Source: a virus
Strand: one strand, 5' to 3'
IMG/VR virus record: IMGVR_UViG_3300010885_046411
Span: 1-64,000 of that record
DNA: 64,000 nt
The position numbers and the translations under genes are program-made. Positions 48,695 to 57,936 of this stretch are shown piece after piece. The notes beneath the pieces were generated by a model. The model did no database searches and was not told where the DNA came from. It saw only the letters and a program-made list of their open reading frames with translations. How positions within the stretch are numbered: the first letter of the stretch is position 1; each line of letters begins with the position of its first letter.

Positions 48695-49690
48695 ATGGCT
48701 GACAAAAAGCAGATAAAAATAGTCTATTACTCCCCTACGGGGGCGGGTTCTGCCCAATCTTTCTACCGAGGCATCCCACAGCTATCCCTGTTTGGCAGGG
48801 TAACTATTATAGAAGGCGATAGACCCTCTTGGGAGCATTTCTGCGGCGAAGATGTCTTGTACATCCAGTCGCCCACAGACTCCCTTAGCTTGGCCTATAT
48901 AGACTATGCCCAACACTTCGGATTGAAGGTATGGCTAGACATAGACGACAACCATTGGGTAGGCAGGCATGATGCCTCTAGCCGTTTGCTGGAGGTTATG
49001 CCCACCTTCAAGGATAACGCCACCAAGGCCATAGAAATGCTGCGCCCGAATATAGATGCGCTTACCGTATCTAACAAAAACATCTTGCCATACCTAAACA
49101 TTGGCAAGGTGCGCCATGAGGTTGTAGATGCGTGGCTGCCACAGCAAGTATTATCCTCTTTGGGGGCGGGTACATTGCCCAAGGAACCAAAGTCTATACT
49201 TGTGCGTGGCCATGTATCTGACAGCGAGAAAGCAGCCCTTATAGAGGTCTATAAGATGTTTGACAATGTTACATGGATATTTGTCGGGTGTGAGCCAGCC
49301 CCTTCGGGCTTTGGCTTCGCCTCTGACCATTCACGGGGCGTAACAGTCTATTCACGGGCATGGGAGCCTGACCTTATGGACTACTTCAAAATCCTTAGAG
49401 AAGACAGTGGGCATGTGTGCTTGAAACTACTTGCCGACACGCCCTTCAATCAGTGTCGCTCTAATACCCACATGCTAGAATCCGCCCTTTTCGGGCGGGT
49501 ATCTGTTGGGCCTAACTATTCCCGTTCACAAACCGAGTATCGGTTTGATAATGGGCAAATCATCCCCACGTCTCTGTTTAATGCCATATCCAATGGACTA
49601 GAGAGTGTTCCATTACACCATGACCTTATAAGCATGTTCCGCCTAGACCAGCAATCCAAGTTCTCCACAATCGTTTCTTACCTTTCTTAG
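48695..49690 (+). CDS. GT-B fold glycosyltransferase-like protein
   Basis: SFYRG..., KVWLDIDDNHW, TVSN, L.DTPFN.C.SN...LE. Confidence 0.7.
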   Translation: MADKKQIKIVYYSPTGAGSAQSFYRGIPQLSLFGRVTIIEGDRPSWEHFCGEDVLYIQSPTDSLSLAYIDYAQHFGLKVWLDIDDNHWVGRHDASSRLLEVMPTFKDNATKAIEMLRPNIDALTVSNKNILPYLNIGKVRHEVVDAWLPQQVLSSLGAGTLPKEPKSILVRGHVSDSEKAALIEVYKMFDNVTWIFVGCEPAPSGFGFASDHSRGVTVYSRAWEPDLMDYFKILREDSGHVCLKLLADTPFNQCRSNTHMLESALFGRVSVGPNYSRSQTEYRFDNGQIIPTSLFNAISNGLESVPLHHDLISMFRLDQQSKFSTIVSYLS

Positions 49691-49698
49691 CCCCAACT

Positions 49699-50901
49699 AT
49701 GTTTACAATCTCCGCAGCCAAACTTGCCAAGGCATTATCAACGGCAAAGCGTTTTGTACCCTCTAACGCCATCCTCCCCATCCTAGAGAATTTTCGGCTT
49801 ACTGCCGATGCAAAGTCTAGCAAGTTGCAGATACGTGCCGCCGACATGGGGGCCAGCCTATACCTATATGTGCCCTGCGCCGTTGGGGCTGATATGGATG
49901 TGTGCATCCCTGCCAATAGGCTATCTGGTCTTATAGACTTGCTTGCCAAAGAGAACACCAACCAAAACATAGTCATAAAAGCCGATGGCCCATTTGGGGT
50001 GCATGTATTGTATGACCGCAATGGCAAGACAGCCATTGCAGGCCAAGACCCAAAAGACTGGCCCACACAAAACCAAGAGAACCCTATCTCCTCGCTCACC
50101 GTAGAGGCAGAGCTTTTTGCAAATACACTAAGCAATGCCCTTGTTTTCTGCGACCCACATAATCAACTTAGGCCGTTCTTTGAGTGCGTTACCCTATTCT
50201 CTGATGGCGATGATTTCTTTGTTGCCTCGGCAACCTCTGCCACCCTATACAGAGATAAGTTCCAAGGTATAGAGGGTATGGAAGGTGTGTTCCGCACGTA
50301 TGTACCCGACTATTGTGTTAAGCGTATGCTTGACGTATTGCGCTTGGGGCAAGAGGGGGATTTTTATAAGTTGTTCCTATATAGCAATGGCATATCCCTA
50401 GTGCGCTTTGACAAAGATGGCAATACACTTGCCAGTGTGGCTGCCCGTATCAACACAGAGACCATTGGCGAAGATGATAAGCCATTCTATGCGCCACACA
50501 TTTCTGCTGGAAGGACAGAGGCATTTACATTCTCCCTGCCAGAGACTTCGTTTATTGTGCAGCGTTGCAATATGATGTCTCCCAACTACGGGGTAGAGGC
50601 CGATGCCAACATAACCCATATAGCTCCCAAGGGCAAAAAGGTTACTCTATATGCTAGTGATTCGGCCTCCAATAACTCTATCTATGAGGAGATGGAAGGG
50701 GGGCAGGCATTGCATAAGTTTGCCGAGGTAAGTCTATCGGGGGCATTGCTTACCAAGTCGTTGTCTGTATTTGACAATGTGCCATTGACGGCTAGCCTAG
50801 TAGATTTTGGGCCTAACAGACCGCCTATGATTTCCATAGCCCCCGAAAGCGGGTTCCCGTCTATATACATTGCGCAAGTAATGCCACCCCCTGCGGCGTA
50901 G
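49699..50901 (+). CDS. dnaN: DNA polymerase III beta sliding clamp
   Basis: SNAILPILENF, I.AAD, RPFFECV, C-terminal VMP; 400 aa. Confidence 0.8.
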   Translation: MFTISAAKLAKALSTAKRFVPSNAILPILENFRLTADAKSSKLQIRAADMGASLYLYVPCAVGADMDVCIPANRLSGLIDLLAKENTNQNIVIKADGPFGVHVLYDRNGKTAIAGQDPKDWPTQNQENPISSLTVEAELFANTLSNALVFCDPHNQLRPFFECVTLFSDGDDFFVASATSATLYRDKFQGIEGMEGVFRTYVPDYCVKRMLDVLRLGQEGDFYKLFLYSNGISLVRFDKDGNTLASVAARINTETIGEDDKPFYAPHISAGRTEAFTFSLPETSFIVQRCNMMSPNYGVEADANITHIAPKGKKVTLYASDSASNNSIYEEMEGGQALHKFAEVSLSGALLTKSLSVFDNVPLTASLVDFGPNRPPMISIAPESGFPSIYIAQVMPPPAA

Positions 50902-50904
50902 TCA

Positions 50905-51195
50905 ATGACCCCCAGAGAGCAACTACTTAGCCGCCCCGCCTACCATGAGCAGGACTGGCAACTTCTTTTGTATGATGCTGCTAGTAAATTCATGGAGCAG
51001 GAGGGGCTATCTGCCGAAGAACTACGCTAGAGGCTTGGCTTATCAAAACGAGCTATGCGTATGTTGCTCAATGGGGAATCTGACCTCAAGATGTCTAAGA
51101 TGATTGAAATAATCTTAGCGATGGGCAAATTCCCGATACTCAAACTTATTCCCAAAGACGTTAAACTTTTTGACAACCATGACCTACAACCCTAA
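50905..51195 (+). pseudogene. XRE-family HTH regulator with in-frame TAG
   Basis: MTPREQLLSRPAY...EQEGLSAEELR*RLGLSKRAMRMLLNGESDLKMSKMIEIILAMGKFP; TAG at 51028-51030. Confidence 0.75.
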
Positions 51196-51562
51196 ACACT
51201 ACCCCTCCCTCGCCACATGCAAAGCCTTGAAAGATGCTGGTATTGGCGTGGATGAGAACGGCAAGATATTGACGAAGGCTTGTTGGGCTGGAGATAAAAT
51301 TTGGGATTCAGGGCTTGTAAAAAACAACCGTGTTAGCTTTAACGTAAATACATTAGATGGGTTTGAAAGCTACCCATGCCCCGACTTGCACGAGATAGTT
51401 GTAATGACAGAAGACGGTAAAACGTCTATATTCTTGCCAGCTTCCAAGTCAATAATAGACTTAGACTTGATGGCTGGGGCAATAGCATTTACGGTTCGAA
51501 ACGGTCTTGATACCGCCGCTATATTCAACTCCCGCCTAATCGCCCACAACACAATACCATAA
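51179..51562 (+). CDS. hypothetical protein
   Basis: SLATCKALKDAG...YPCPDLHEI phage motif. Confidence 0.7.
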   Translation: MTYNPKHYPSLATCKALKDAGIGVDENGKILTKACWAGDKIWDSGLVKNNRVSFNVNTLDGFESYPCPDLHEIVVMTEDGKTSIFLPASKSIIDLDLMAGAIAFTVRNGLDTAAIFNSRLIAHNTIP

Positions 51563-51565
51563 AAG

Positions 51566-51592
51566 AAAAGGAGGGCATAACCCTCCTTTTTT
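51566..51592. terminator. bidirectional intrinsic terminator
   Basis: AAAAGGAGGG-cataa-CCCTCCTTTTTT. Confidence 0.85.
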
Positions 51593-51617
51593 CATAAGCC
51601 AATATGTGTGTGTGGCA

Positions 51618-51899
51618 CTACGATACAGTAGTAACGCCTGTGCCGCCTAAAGCGGTGCCTATGCCCGTAAGCAAGTTGGCAACAGTGTTTTCAATCTCTA
51701 CACGCTGAGAGCGGGTGCCACCAGGAGGGGCATAATAGAAGAACGCACCAGGCAGTGCAGTAGAAGCACCAGGCCGTGTGCCAACACCTTTGTCAAGCAA
51801 GATGTTCTCGGCAATGTAGTAGCCAAAGGCGGTAGGGGCACCAGCAACGGTCTTGTACTGATAGCCTGTTTTAGATACTTTAACTTTAATTCCAGCCAT
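51618..51899 (-). CDS. small putative virion protein
   Basis: Gly/Ala/Thr-rich; own promoter TACTTTTG at 51925-51932. Confidence 0.6.
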   Translation of the reverse strand: MAGIKVKVSKTGYQYKTVAGAPTAFGYYIAENILLDKGVGTRPGASTALPGAFFYYAPPGGTRSQRVEIENTVANLLTGIGTALGGTGVTTVS

Positions 51900-51990
51900 G
51901 TGATTTTTGGGTTAGGGTTCAAGACAAAAGTACCTTAGCCCCGAAGCCTACACCCATATTTGTGTGCTAGATATTTAAGCAACAAATATT

Positions 51991-52731
51991 TTACTTGCGC
52001 ACTATGTCTGAATATCCATGCACACCCTCTAGCACCCCATCCTGATAAAATGATGGCACCGCTACTAGGTTATCATATCCACCGAACAGAGGCACCTTAT
52101 ATGACCACCGTAAGCCTCTCTGCTGTTTGCGGGGTAATACAATGCAATCGCCCTTGCGCATAGCCAGCCCCTTTACAGGCTGCCCCTCAAACACTACCTT
52201 ACCCACCCCCGTAAGGGGGAACGCTTGCGCATGTATGCCCGATGGTCGTTTTGTCCAATAGGTATTAGGCACTAGCCCCTCTGATACATTATCCTCTGTA
52301 AAAACAGGCTCTAATAGATTCCAGCCGCCATACACGTTAAACTGCCCATCGCGCACGTACCCATAAATCTGTGTGTGCGCCATAAGGAACAACTCCTCGT
52401 ACCCTGGGATGCGCTTATCACTGCGGGAACCAGTAAACATGAAATAGACTGTATCGCCTGCACGTAGTTCAGGCATGGGCATATCGGATAGATAGATGTC
52501 TTTCTGTTCCCATATAGTGAATACGCTGTCGGGGCTAGTGGACTTAGAGGGGGGCATACAAGGGGGGCATACAACCGTGCCCTTATACTGCTTGTCTTTG
52601 GTGAGGGTGCTACCCTCTACATACAGCCGAAACCCGCTAGGGGTCTCCATGTAGGAGATGTGTTCATTGTCTAGTTTTACGATTACCATTCCTGGCCCCG
52701 CTAGTTTACCCTCAAAATATTTGGCATCCAT
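51991..52731 (-). CDS. tandem GroES-like co-chaperonin (crAss-type)
   Basis: TPSGFRL...GTVV...GDTVYF and PSGI...GKVV...KGDCIV repeats. Confidence 0.65.
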   Translation of the reverse strand: MDAKYFEGKLAGPGMVIVKLDNEHISYMETPSGFRLYVEGSTLTKDKQYKGTVVCPPCMPPSKSTSPDSVFTIWEQKDIYLSDMPMPELRAGDTVYFMFTGSRSDKRIPGYEELFLMAHTQIYGYVRDGQFNVYGGWNLLEPVFTEDNVSEGLVPNTYWTKRPSGIHAQAFPLTGVGKVVFEGQPVKGLAMRKGDCIVLPRKQQRGLRWSYKVPLFGGYDNLVAVPSFYQDGVLEGVHGYSDIVRK

Positions 52732-52754
52732 GCCACAAATTTAACGCATCAAAA

Positions 52755-53222
52755 CTATTTCACAAGGGCACGTAGTATAAGCACACCCAAAGCCCCTGCG
52801 CCAGCATAGGCCCACCTATTACGCTTGGCGTTCTTGCGTTCATAGGCTACGTCTTTGGCCCATTCTATCTGCTCTAAGGTGCATACGCTATCGCGCCTAT
52901 CCATTTCCCCTTGCATAAGGGCTATAAGGGTGTCTCTTGCGGCCTCGCCCTTAGCCACATCGTCTAGCAGTGGCTTACTCTTTATGGTAGCGTTATACCG
53001 AGATTGTACCTGCTTATACAAAGCAGGCGTAAAGCATATAAGGCTATCCTTAGTGAGTGTATTGGGCCGTAACGCTATCACTCTTTGCCCATAACTCCTC
53101 TGCGCTAGGCAAGGTGTCAGCAATAGTAACGCCAGCCCAAGGAGCCAAAACAACCTGCAATTTCTTAGAAGATATTGCAGTACGTGCAATAATGGTTTTG
53201 AGGGTGTCTGCTTGTTTCTCAT
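52755..53222 (-). CDS. spanin-like secreted protein with C-terminal TM
   Basis: Signal peptide ending CLA-Q, coiled coil, C-terminal TM; overlaps the upstream gene. Confidence 0.55.
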   Translation of the reverse strand: MRNKQTPSKPLLHVLQYLLRNCRLFWLLGLALLLLTPCLAQRSYGQRVIALRPNTLTKDSLICFTPALYKQVQSRYNATIKSKPLLDDVAKGEAARDTLIALMQGEMDRRDSVCTLEQIEWAKDVAYERKNAKRNRWAYAGAGALGVLILRALVK

Positions 53223-53400
53223 ATACTTTCTTGGCTTGCGTAGATTGAGCCTCTAATCTACGCACACTTTGCGGCGTAGGAGCAATGGTATCTTCTTTAC
53301 TTGCTTTATCAAAGATAGATGCAGCTATCCATACAACTAAAGCAAGTAGTGGGATTAGCGACAATACCCATGCGCGTGTGTTAGGGCTGAACTGGCTCAT
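53050..53400 (-). CDS. i-spanin-like protein
   Basis: N-terminal TM followed by a coiled coil; lies in the lysis cassette. Confidence 0.55.
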   Translation of the reverse strand: MSQFSPNTRAWVLSLIPLLALVVWIAASIFDKASKEDTIAPTPQSVRRLEAQSTQAKKVYEKQADTLKTIIARTAISSKKLQVVLAPWAGVTIADTLPSAEELWAKSDSVTAQYTH

Positions 53401-53623
53401 GGTCGTCATTGTTTTTCTTTTTGGCCGCGCCAAAGATTTTCATTAGGTTCAAGATGGCTATGGAGCCAAGAACCAAAACCGTAAGCCACCCTGCTAAATC
53501 CTTTGGGAAAAAGTTAGTAGGTATGCCATTGATGATTGCTCCTAGCATAACGCTTATCGTAGATGCCATATTAAGAATTGGCAATGGAATATCAAAGTCG
53601 GTGTTGTGTGAGGATGCGTTCAT
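53381..53623 (-). CDS. holin-like protein
   Basis: Two hydrophobic segments and a basic tail; follows the DUF5675 gene. Confidence 0.55.
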   Translation of the reverse strand: MNASSHNTDFDIPLPILNMASTISVMLGAIINGIPTNFFPKDLAGWLTVLVLGSIAILNLMKIFGAAKKKNNDDHEPVQP

Positions 53624-53624
53624 C

Positions 53625-54041
53625 TTAGTTCGTGTCGGTTACTTTAATGGTGATAGGCTCCTTGGCTTTGTAAGCCACTTCTAACTTAGCCATTAAGGCT
53701 TCTTCGGCAACACGAGAGTTTAATATAGCAGATTGGTCGGGGGCTACATCCATACCCACTAAAACACACCCATGCGTGTCCTTATCGGTGTTGCCCCGAT
53801 GTATTCTGATAGCGTCAAAGTTAGGCACATTCTCTAAAAGAGGAAGCAACCTACCAAAACGCTTAGACATTGTAAGCACCACATTATATGTGCCAGAGGG
53901 GATACACGTCCTCCCAAAAACCTTAGAACCATCCCAACGTCTTTTATCCTCTAGGGTATGGCAGAAGAACACGCCATCAATAAGCAACCTGCCTAAAACC
54001 CTATCTTCGTGGTAATCGGTTCGTAAAACTTCCAGCTTCAT
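53625..54041 (-). CDS. DUF5675-family putative endolysin
   Basis: FCHTLED...TCIPSGTY...IRIHRGNT..DTHGCVLVG. Confidence 0.85.
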   Translation of the reverse strand: MKLEVLRTDYHEDRVLGRLLIDGVFFCHTLEDKRRWDGSKVFGRTCIPSGTYNVVLTMSKRFGRLLPLLENVPNFDAIRIHRGNTDKDTHGCVLVGMDVAPDQSAILNSRVAEEALMAKLEVAYKAKEPITIKVTDTN

Positions 54042-54142
54042 AGCACCTAACTTAAACAATTTTGATAGTACAAAGATGGTGTGTACGTGCAAGGTGCTAC
54101 ACCTTAAACAAACCCGATACCTTTATTGAGTAAAATACCATT

Positions 54143-56605
54143 ATGGCCCAATTCCCGAAAGATACCGAGCCAGAAAAAGGGTTCAAATGGCACATGGATG
54201 TTGCCAAGACCCTAGAGCAAATTTGGATGCGTACTTACCCTATGGCAGGGGGGCGTTCGCGTGTGTTAGACCTAGCTAAATATGCTACGGGCTACATGGC
54301 CCTAACACCTACGGGAAACAATACGCTCTTAGCCTCTGGCGTAACACCTGGCACGGGCAGCGCATTTGATGGCGAGGTCGTACCAAAGGCACACATAGGA
54401 GCCAATAGGCTAGAGCAAGACGATATGCTATCGGTTATCCCTATGTTGCTTGGTACGGTAATGGGGGTATTGTCTAAGCAAGAACTACGCCCCTTGCTGG
54501 TGCCCATAGATGCAGCCAGCAATGATGTGCGCAGGGATTACGAGGCTATCATACGCACCTATAAGGCGTTTGCTGAATCGGGTATGCAGTTTACAGACCT
54601 GCTCAAACAGATAGGTCTTACGCCCGACCAAGTGCCCGATGATGATGATGAACTCCGTATGCTCTTGCAGACAAGGCCCGTGTTTAAGCAGGCCATGAAT
54701 GGGGAGTTGTTCTTGGAGCAAGTCTTTGCCGAAAACAACTTAGAAGTTGTTGCACGGCAGTATCAGTTATACCTAGCCACACTAGGATGGGGTGCTGTTA
54801 AGTGTTCCTACATAAATGGGGAACACGTCTTAGAGCGTTGCCCTATGGAGGACTTCATCTTTGACCTGCGCTACCTGCAAGATGGCAATGCTAGGTATTA
54901 TGGTGTAGTGCGCTACTTAAAGGTAGGCGAGATTATAGAACGTGCCAAAGAATCTAACGGCGGAAGAGGGCTAACAGACGACCAGATAAAAGAACTCAAT
55001 GCCAAGAGGGGTAGCGGCTGGTGGTATCAGAATCAAGCGCAGCAGTTAGGGGATTTTACGGGAGATGTGAATGATTCCGTGCCCGTGCTTGACTTTGAGT
55101 ATTACAGCCTATTAACCATTATTGAGCGTACCAAATTGGGGCAAGATGGCTTCCCAAGAACGTATATAGAATCTAATAGGAAGCCGACCTCGCCAGAAGT
55201 GTTGGCGGCTAGTGAGCGTATCATATCCGAGCAAGTCTATACCGCTAATGCGTGGTATGGGGGCCAGTATGTGATAGGCACAAACATCATGTATAACTGG
55301 GGCTTAGTGGAAGGGCAGGGTAGAGACCCGCTTGCCAAAGACCCCAGAGACATGAAGATTGTAAAGCCTTGGAAGGCCATGTCCTCCTTCTACTTTGATG
55401 CCCCCGATGCTTTTGCGGGGGCTAAGAAGTCTATGGTGGAGCAGATGGTTCCCGTTGCTAGGCAGATACAGCGCACATGGAAAAACCTGTCTGCCCTTAT
55501 GCAGCGTTATACGCCCTATAAGGAGGAGATAGACATGGGGTTAATGGCCGAAATAAGCTCTTCCTTTGGGGGCGGTAAAGCAATTAGTCCCCAAGAAGTT
55601 ATACGCATCTATAAGACCGAGCATATTCTGTTAAAGAATACGGTTGCCACGAAGATGCACCCCAATGCAAGTGGCCGTGCTATTGAGCTTGTGCCTACAC
55701 CCGATGCGCAGCAGTTACAGTTCTTGGTAGGGCAGCTAAATAGCGACATAGCCCTATTGCGCTCTATAACGGGCGTTACGGGCATTTCGTCTGGGCAGAT
55801 ACAGAGTGCCGAGATAACCAACTCCACGCAAATGCTGGCCCTGCAAGGCACCGACAACGTGCTTGAGGGTATTGCCTCATCTTCCCGTAGGATGGTAGAG
55901 TATTTCTCTAAGTTGATAGTATGCCGTGAGCAATACTTACGCAGGGAACGTGAGGGGGTAAGTGGTACGCAGCCCTATAAGTTGGATGAGAGTTTCCATG
56001 ATACTATCATGGGCGTAAAGGTTGTTGTTAAGCCTACGGTTTTAGAAAAGCAGAGGTTTGAGCAAGCGGCGGCGGCGGCATTAGCACGTCAGGCTATTAC
56101 CCAAGCCGACTATTTCTTTGTGCTTAACATAGACAACATCCATCAGGCCGAGGAAATACTTGCGGTACGTGAGGCTAAGAGGACACGGGCGGCACAAGAG
56201 GCGGCGGCGCAGAACCAGCAAATGACGATACAAGGGCAGCAAGAATCTGCTATGGCTACGCACCAGATGAAGATGGAGCAGATTAAGGCTGAGATAGATG
56301 GCAAGATTATGCTCCAGCGTATTGAGAACGATGGCTTGCTGGCTGTGGAGGCATTGCGTGCGCAGGCGGCTCAAAATAATAACATGATAACCCCTATGCT
56401 TACAGAGGCCGTTAAGGCCGTGCTTAATGGGGGCGATAAGCCTAACGCTAAGAAGGGGGAGGAGATACTAAAGTCTATCCTCAATAATGCACAAGGGCCG
56501 CAACAGCAGCCCATGCAACAACAACAAGAGCCTGCTGCCGTTGAGCAGGCCGAGCCTATGCAGGAGCCGATGGCTCAGGAGCAGGCTGAGGTGCCTGTGG
56601 CGTAG
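54143..56605 (+). CDS. portal protein (crAss-like)
   Basis: 820 aa; YYGVV, WYGG.YVIGT..MYNWG, SMVEQM.P, LRSITG; Gln-rich coiled-coil tail; upstream of scaffold and capsid genes. Confidence 0.85.
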   Translation: MAQFPKDTEPEKGFKWHMDVAKTLEQIWMRTYPMAGGRSRVLDLAKYATGYMALTPTGNNTLLASGVTPGTGSAFDGEVVPKAHIGANRLEQDDMLSVIPMLLGTVMGVLSKQELRPLLVPIDAASNDVRRDYEAIIRTYKAFAESGMQFTDLLKQIGLTPDQVPDDDDELRMLLQTRPVFKQAMNGELFLEQVFAENNLEVVARQYQLYLATLGWGAVKCSYINGEHVLERCPMEDFIFDLRYLQDGNARYYGVVRYLKVGEIIERAKESNGGRGLTDDQIKELNAKRGSGWWYQNQAQQLGDFTGDVNDSVPVLDFEYYSLLTIIERTKLGQDGFPRTYIESNRKPTSPEVLAASERIISEQVYTANAWYGGQYVIGTNIMYNWGLVEGQGRDPLAKDPRDMKIVKPWKAMSSFYFDAPDAFAGAKKSMVEQMVPVARQIQRTWKNLSALMQRYTPYKEEIDMGLMAEISSSFGGGKAISPQEVIRIYKTEHILLKNTVATKMHPNASGRAIELVPTPDAQQLQFLVGQLNSDIALLRSITGVTGISSGQIQSAEITNSTQMLALQGTDNVLEGIASSSRRMVEYFSKLIVCREQYLRREREGVSGTQPYKLDESFHDTIMGVKVVVKPTVLEKQRFEQAAAAALARQAITQADYFFVLNIDNIHQAEEILAVREAKRTRAAQEAAAQNQQMTIQGQQESAMATHQMKMEQIKAEIDGKIMLQRIENDGLLAVEALRAQAAQNNNMITPMLTEAVKAVLNGGDKPNAKKGEEILKSILNNAQGPQQQPMQQQQEPAAVEQAEPMQEPMAQEQAEVPVA

Positions 56606-56735
56606 GAGGCGATGCTTTTGTTAGTTCTTTGGCGTAAAAAGAACGAGGCCCAAGTGTATCCCACAAAACTTGATGTAAGAAAAAATCACCTTTCAACTTT
56701 TTTTATCTTTACCCTTGTAATAACCCCATCCCCTT

Positions 56736-57884
56736 ATGGAAGAGCCAAGATTTGTCGTTACAGCAGTAACCCCTAATGGAGAAAGCACCGTTATTGAAGG
56801 GCAAGAGTACCTTCAAAACCCTACTTTCAATGCTGGCGGCAACCCCAACCAACAAGAACCCGACCCAGCCCAAACAGCCACCGAGCCTGTAGCCCCTACG
56901 GCCCCGCATGAGCCTACCGCCGAGCAAATAAATGCCGCCATACAAGCAAAGTATGGCTATGCCTCTATGGAGGCTATACAAGCCCGTATTGACTATGCCG
57001 AGCGTGTCAATGCCCCCTACGCCCAAGAAGTCCTTAAAGCCTTTGAGGACAACCCCGACAGCATCCAAGAACTAGCGTTCTTGAAATCGGGCAAGTATAA
57101 GACTATGGCCGAGGCCGACCCCGCCGCCCTCCTTAAACTTGGCATACAGCGTGAGTATAAGGATGCGCCACCCGTGTACATTGAACGCGAGTTCCGCAAT
57201 AGATTTGGGACACCGCCCCCTAAGCCTGCCGAACTAGACGAGTTCTCTACGGAAGATGAACGCGCCGAATTTGCCGCAGCGCAGCGCACCTATGAAGATG
57301 AAATATCTGCCTACAACTACGCCCTACGTGTAGCCTCTGGTAAGGTAGTATCTACTCTTGATGAGGAGGCCAAACGGTTTAGTTGGGAGCGTGAGCAGCC
57401 AGCCCCGACAGCCGCCCCCGCTGTATTGCTTGCCCAAGCACGGGAGGCATTGACGAAAGAGTTTAAGTTGGAGATTCCTGCGGGACGGATATTTGAGGGT
57501 AGCCCTGACTTCTCATATACTTTTGAGGAGTTGCCAGAGCAATTAAGGCAGGAGCTAGAGATTGCAAAGGCCGACCCCGCCACCCATTTCATTAACACTG
57601 TATATGGGGGCGATTTGTCAAACCAGCCCGACACGGCTGCGTATGTAAGACTGTTCGCCGCATCACGCATGTTAGAGGATGTTGTTAAAAAAGTTGGCAC
57701 AGAGCGGTTTGCTCAAGGTCAAAAAAACAGCAGCCAACATATTGCGCAAAACCTAGCGGGTGTCCAACCTACGCTGCCAAGCCAAGGTAGCCCTAATAAC
57801 AATGCAGGTGGTAACGGTGGGTACACCGAAACTGCTGTGCGTACAGGGCCACAACGCAAAGACATCTGGGGCCGACCTATTTAG
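56736..57884 (+). CDS. scaffold-like protein
   Basis: Acidic and Pro-rich; lies between portal and major capsid genes. Confidence 0.6.
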   Translation: MEEPRFVVTAVTPNGESTVIEGQEYLQNPTFNAGGNPNQQEPDPAQTATEPVAPTAPHEPTAEQINAAIQAKYGYASMEAIQARIDYAERVNAPYAQEVLKAFEDNPDSIQELAFLKSGKYKTMAEADPAALLKLGIQREYKDAPPVYIEREFRNRFGTPPPKPAELDEFSTEDERAEFAAAQRTYEDEISAYNYALRVASGKVVSTLDEEAKRFSWEREQPAPTAAPAVLLAQAREALTKEFKLEIPAGRIFEGSPDFSYTFEELPEQLRQELEIAKADPATHFINTVYGGDLSNQPDTAAYVRLFAASRMLEDVVKKVGTERFAQGQKNSSQHIAQNLAGVQPTLPSQGSPNNNAGGNGGYTETAVRTGPQRKDIWGRPI

Positions 57885-57936
57885 GTCTGGCCCATTTCTC
57901 CAACCACAAAAACCCCAATCCCCCGACTAAAACCCA

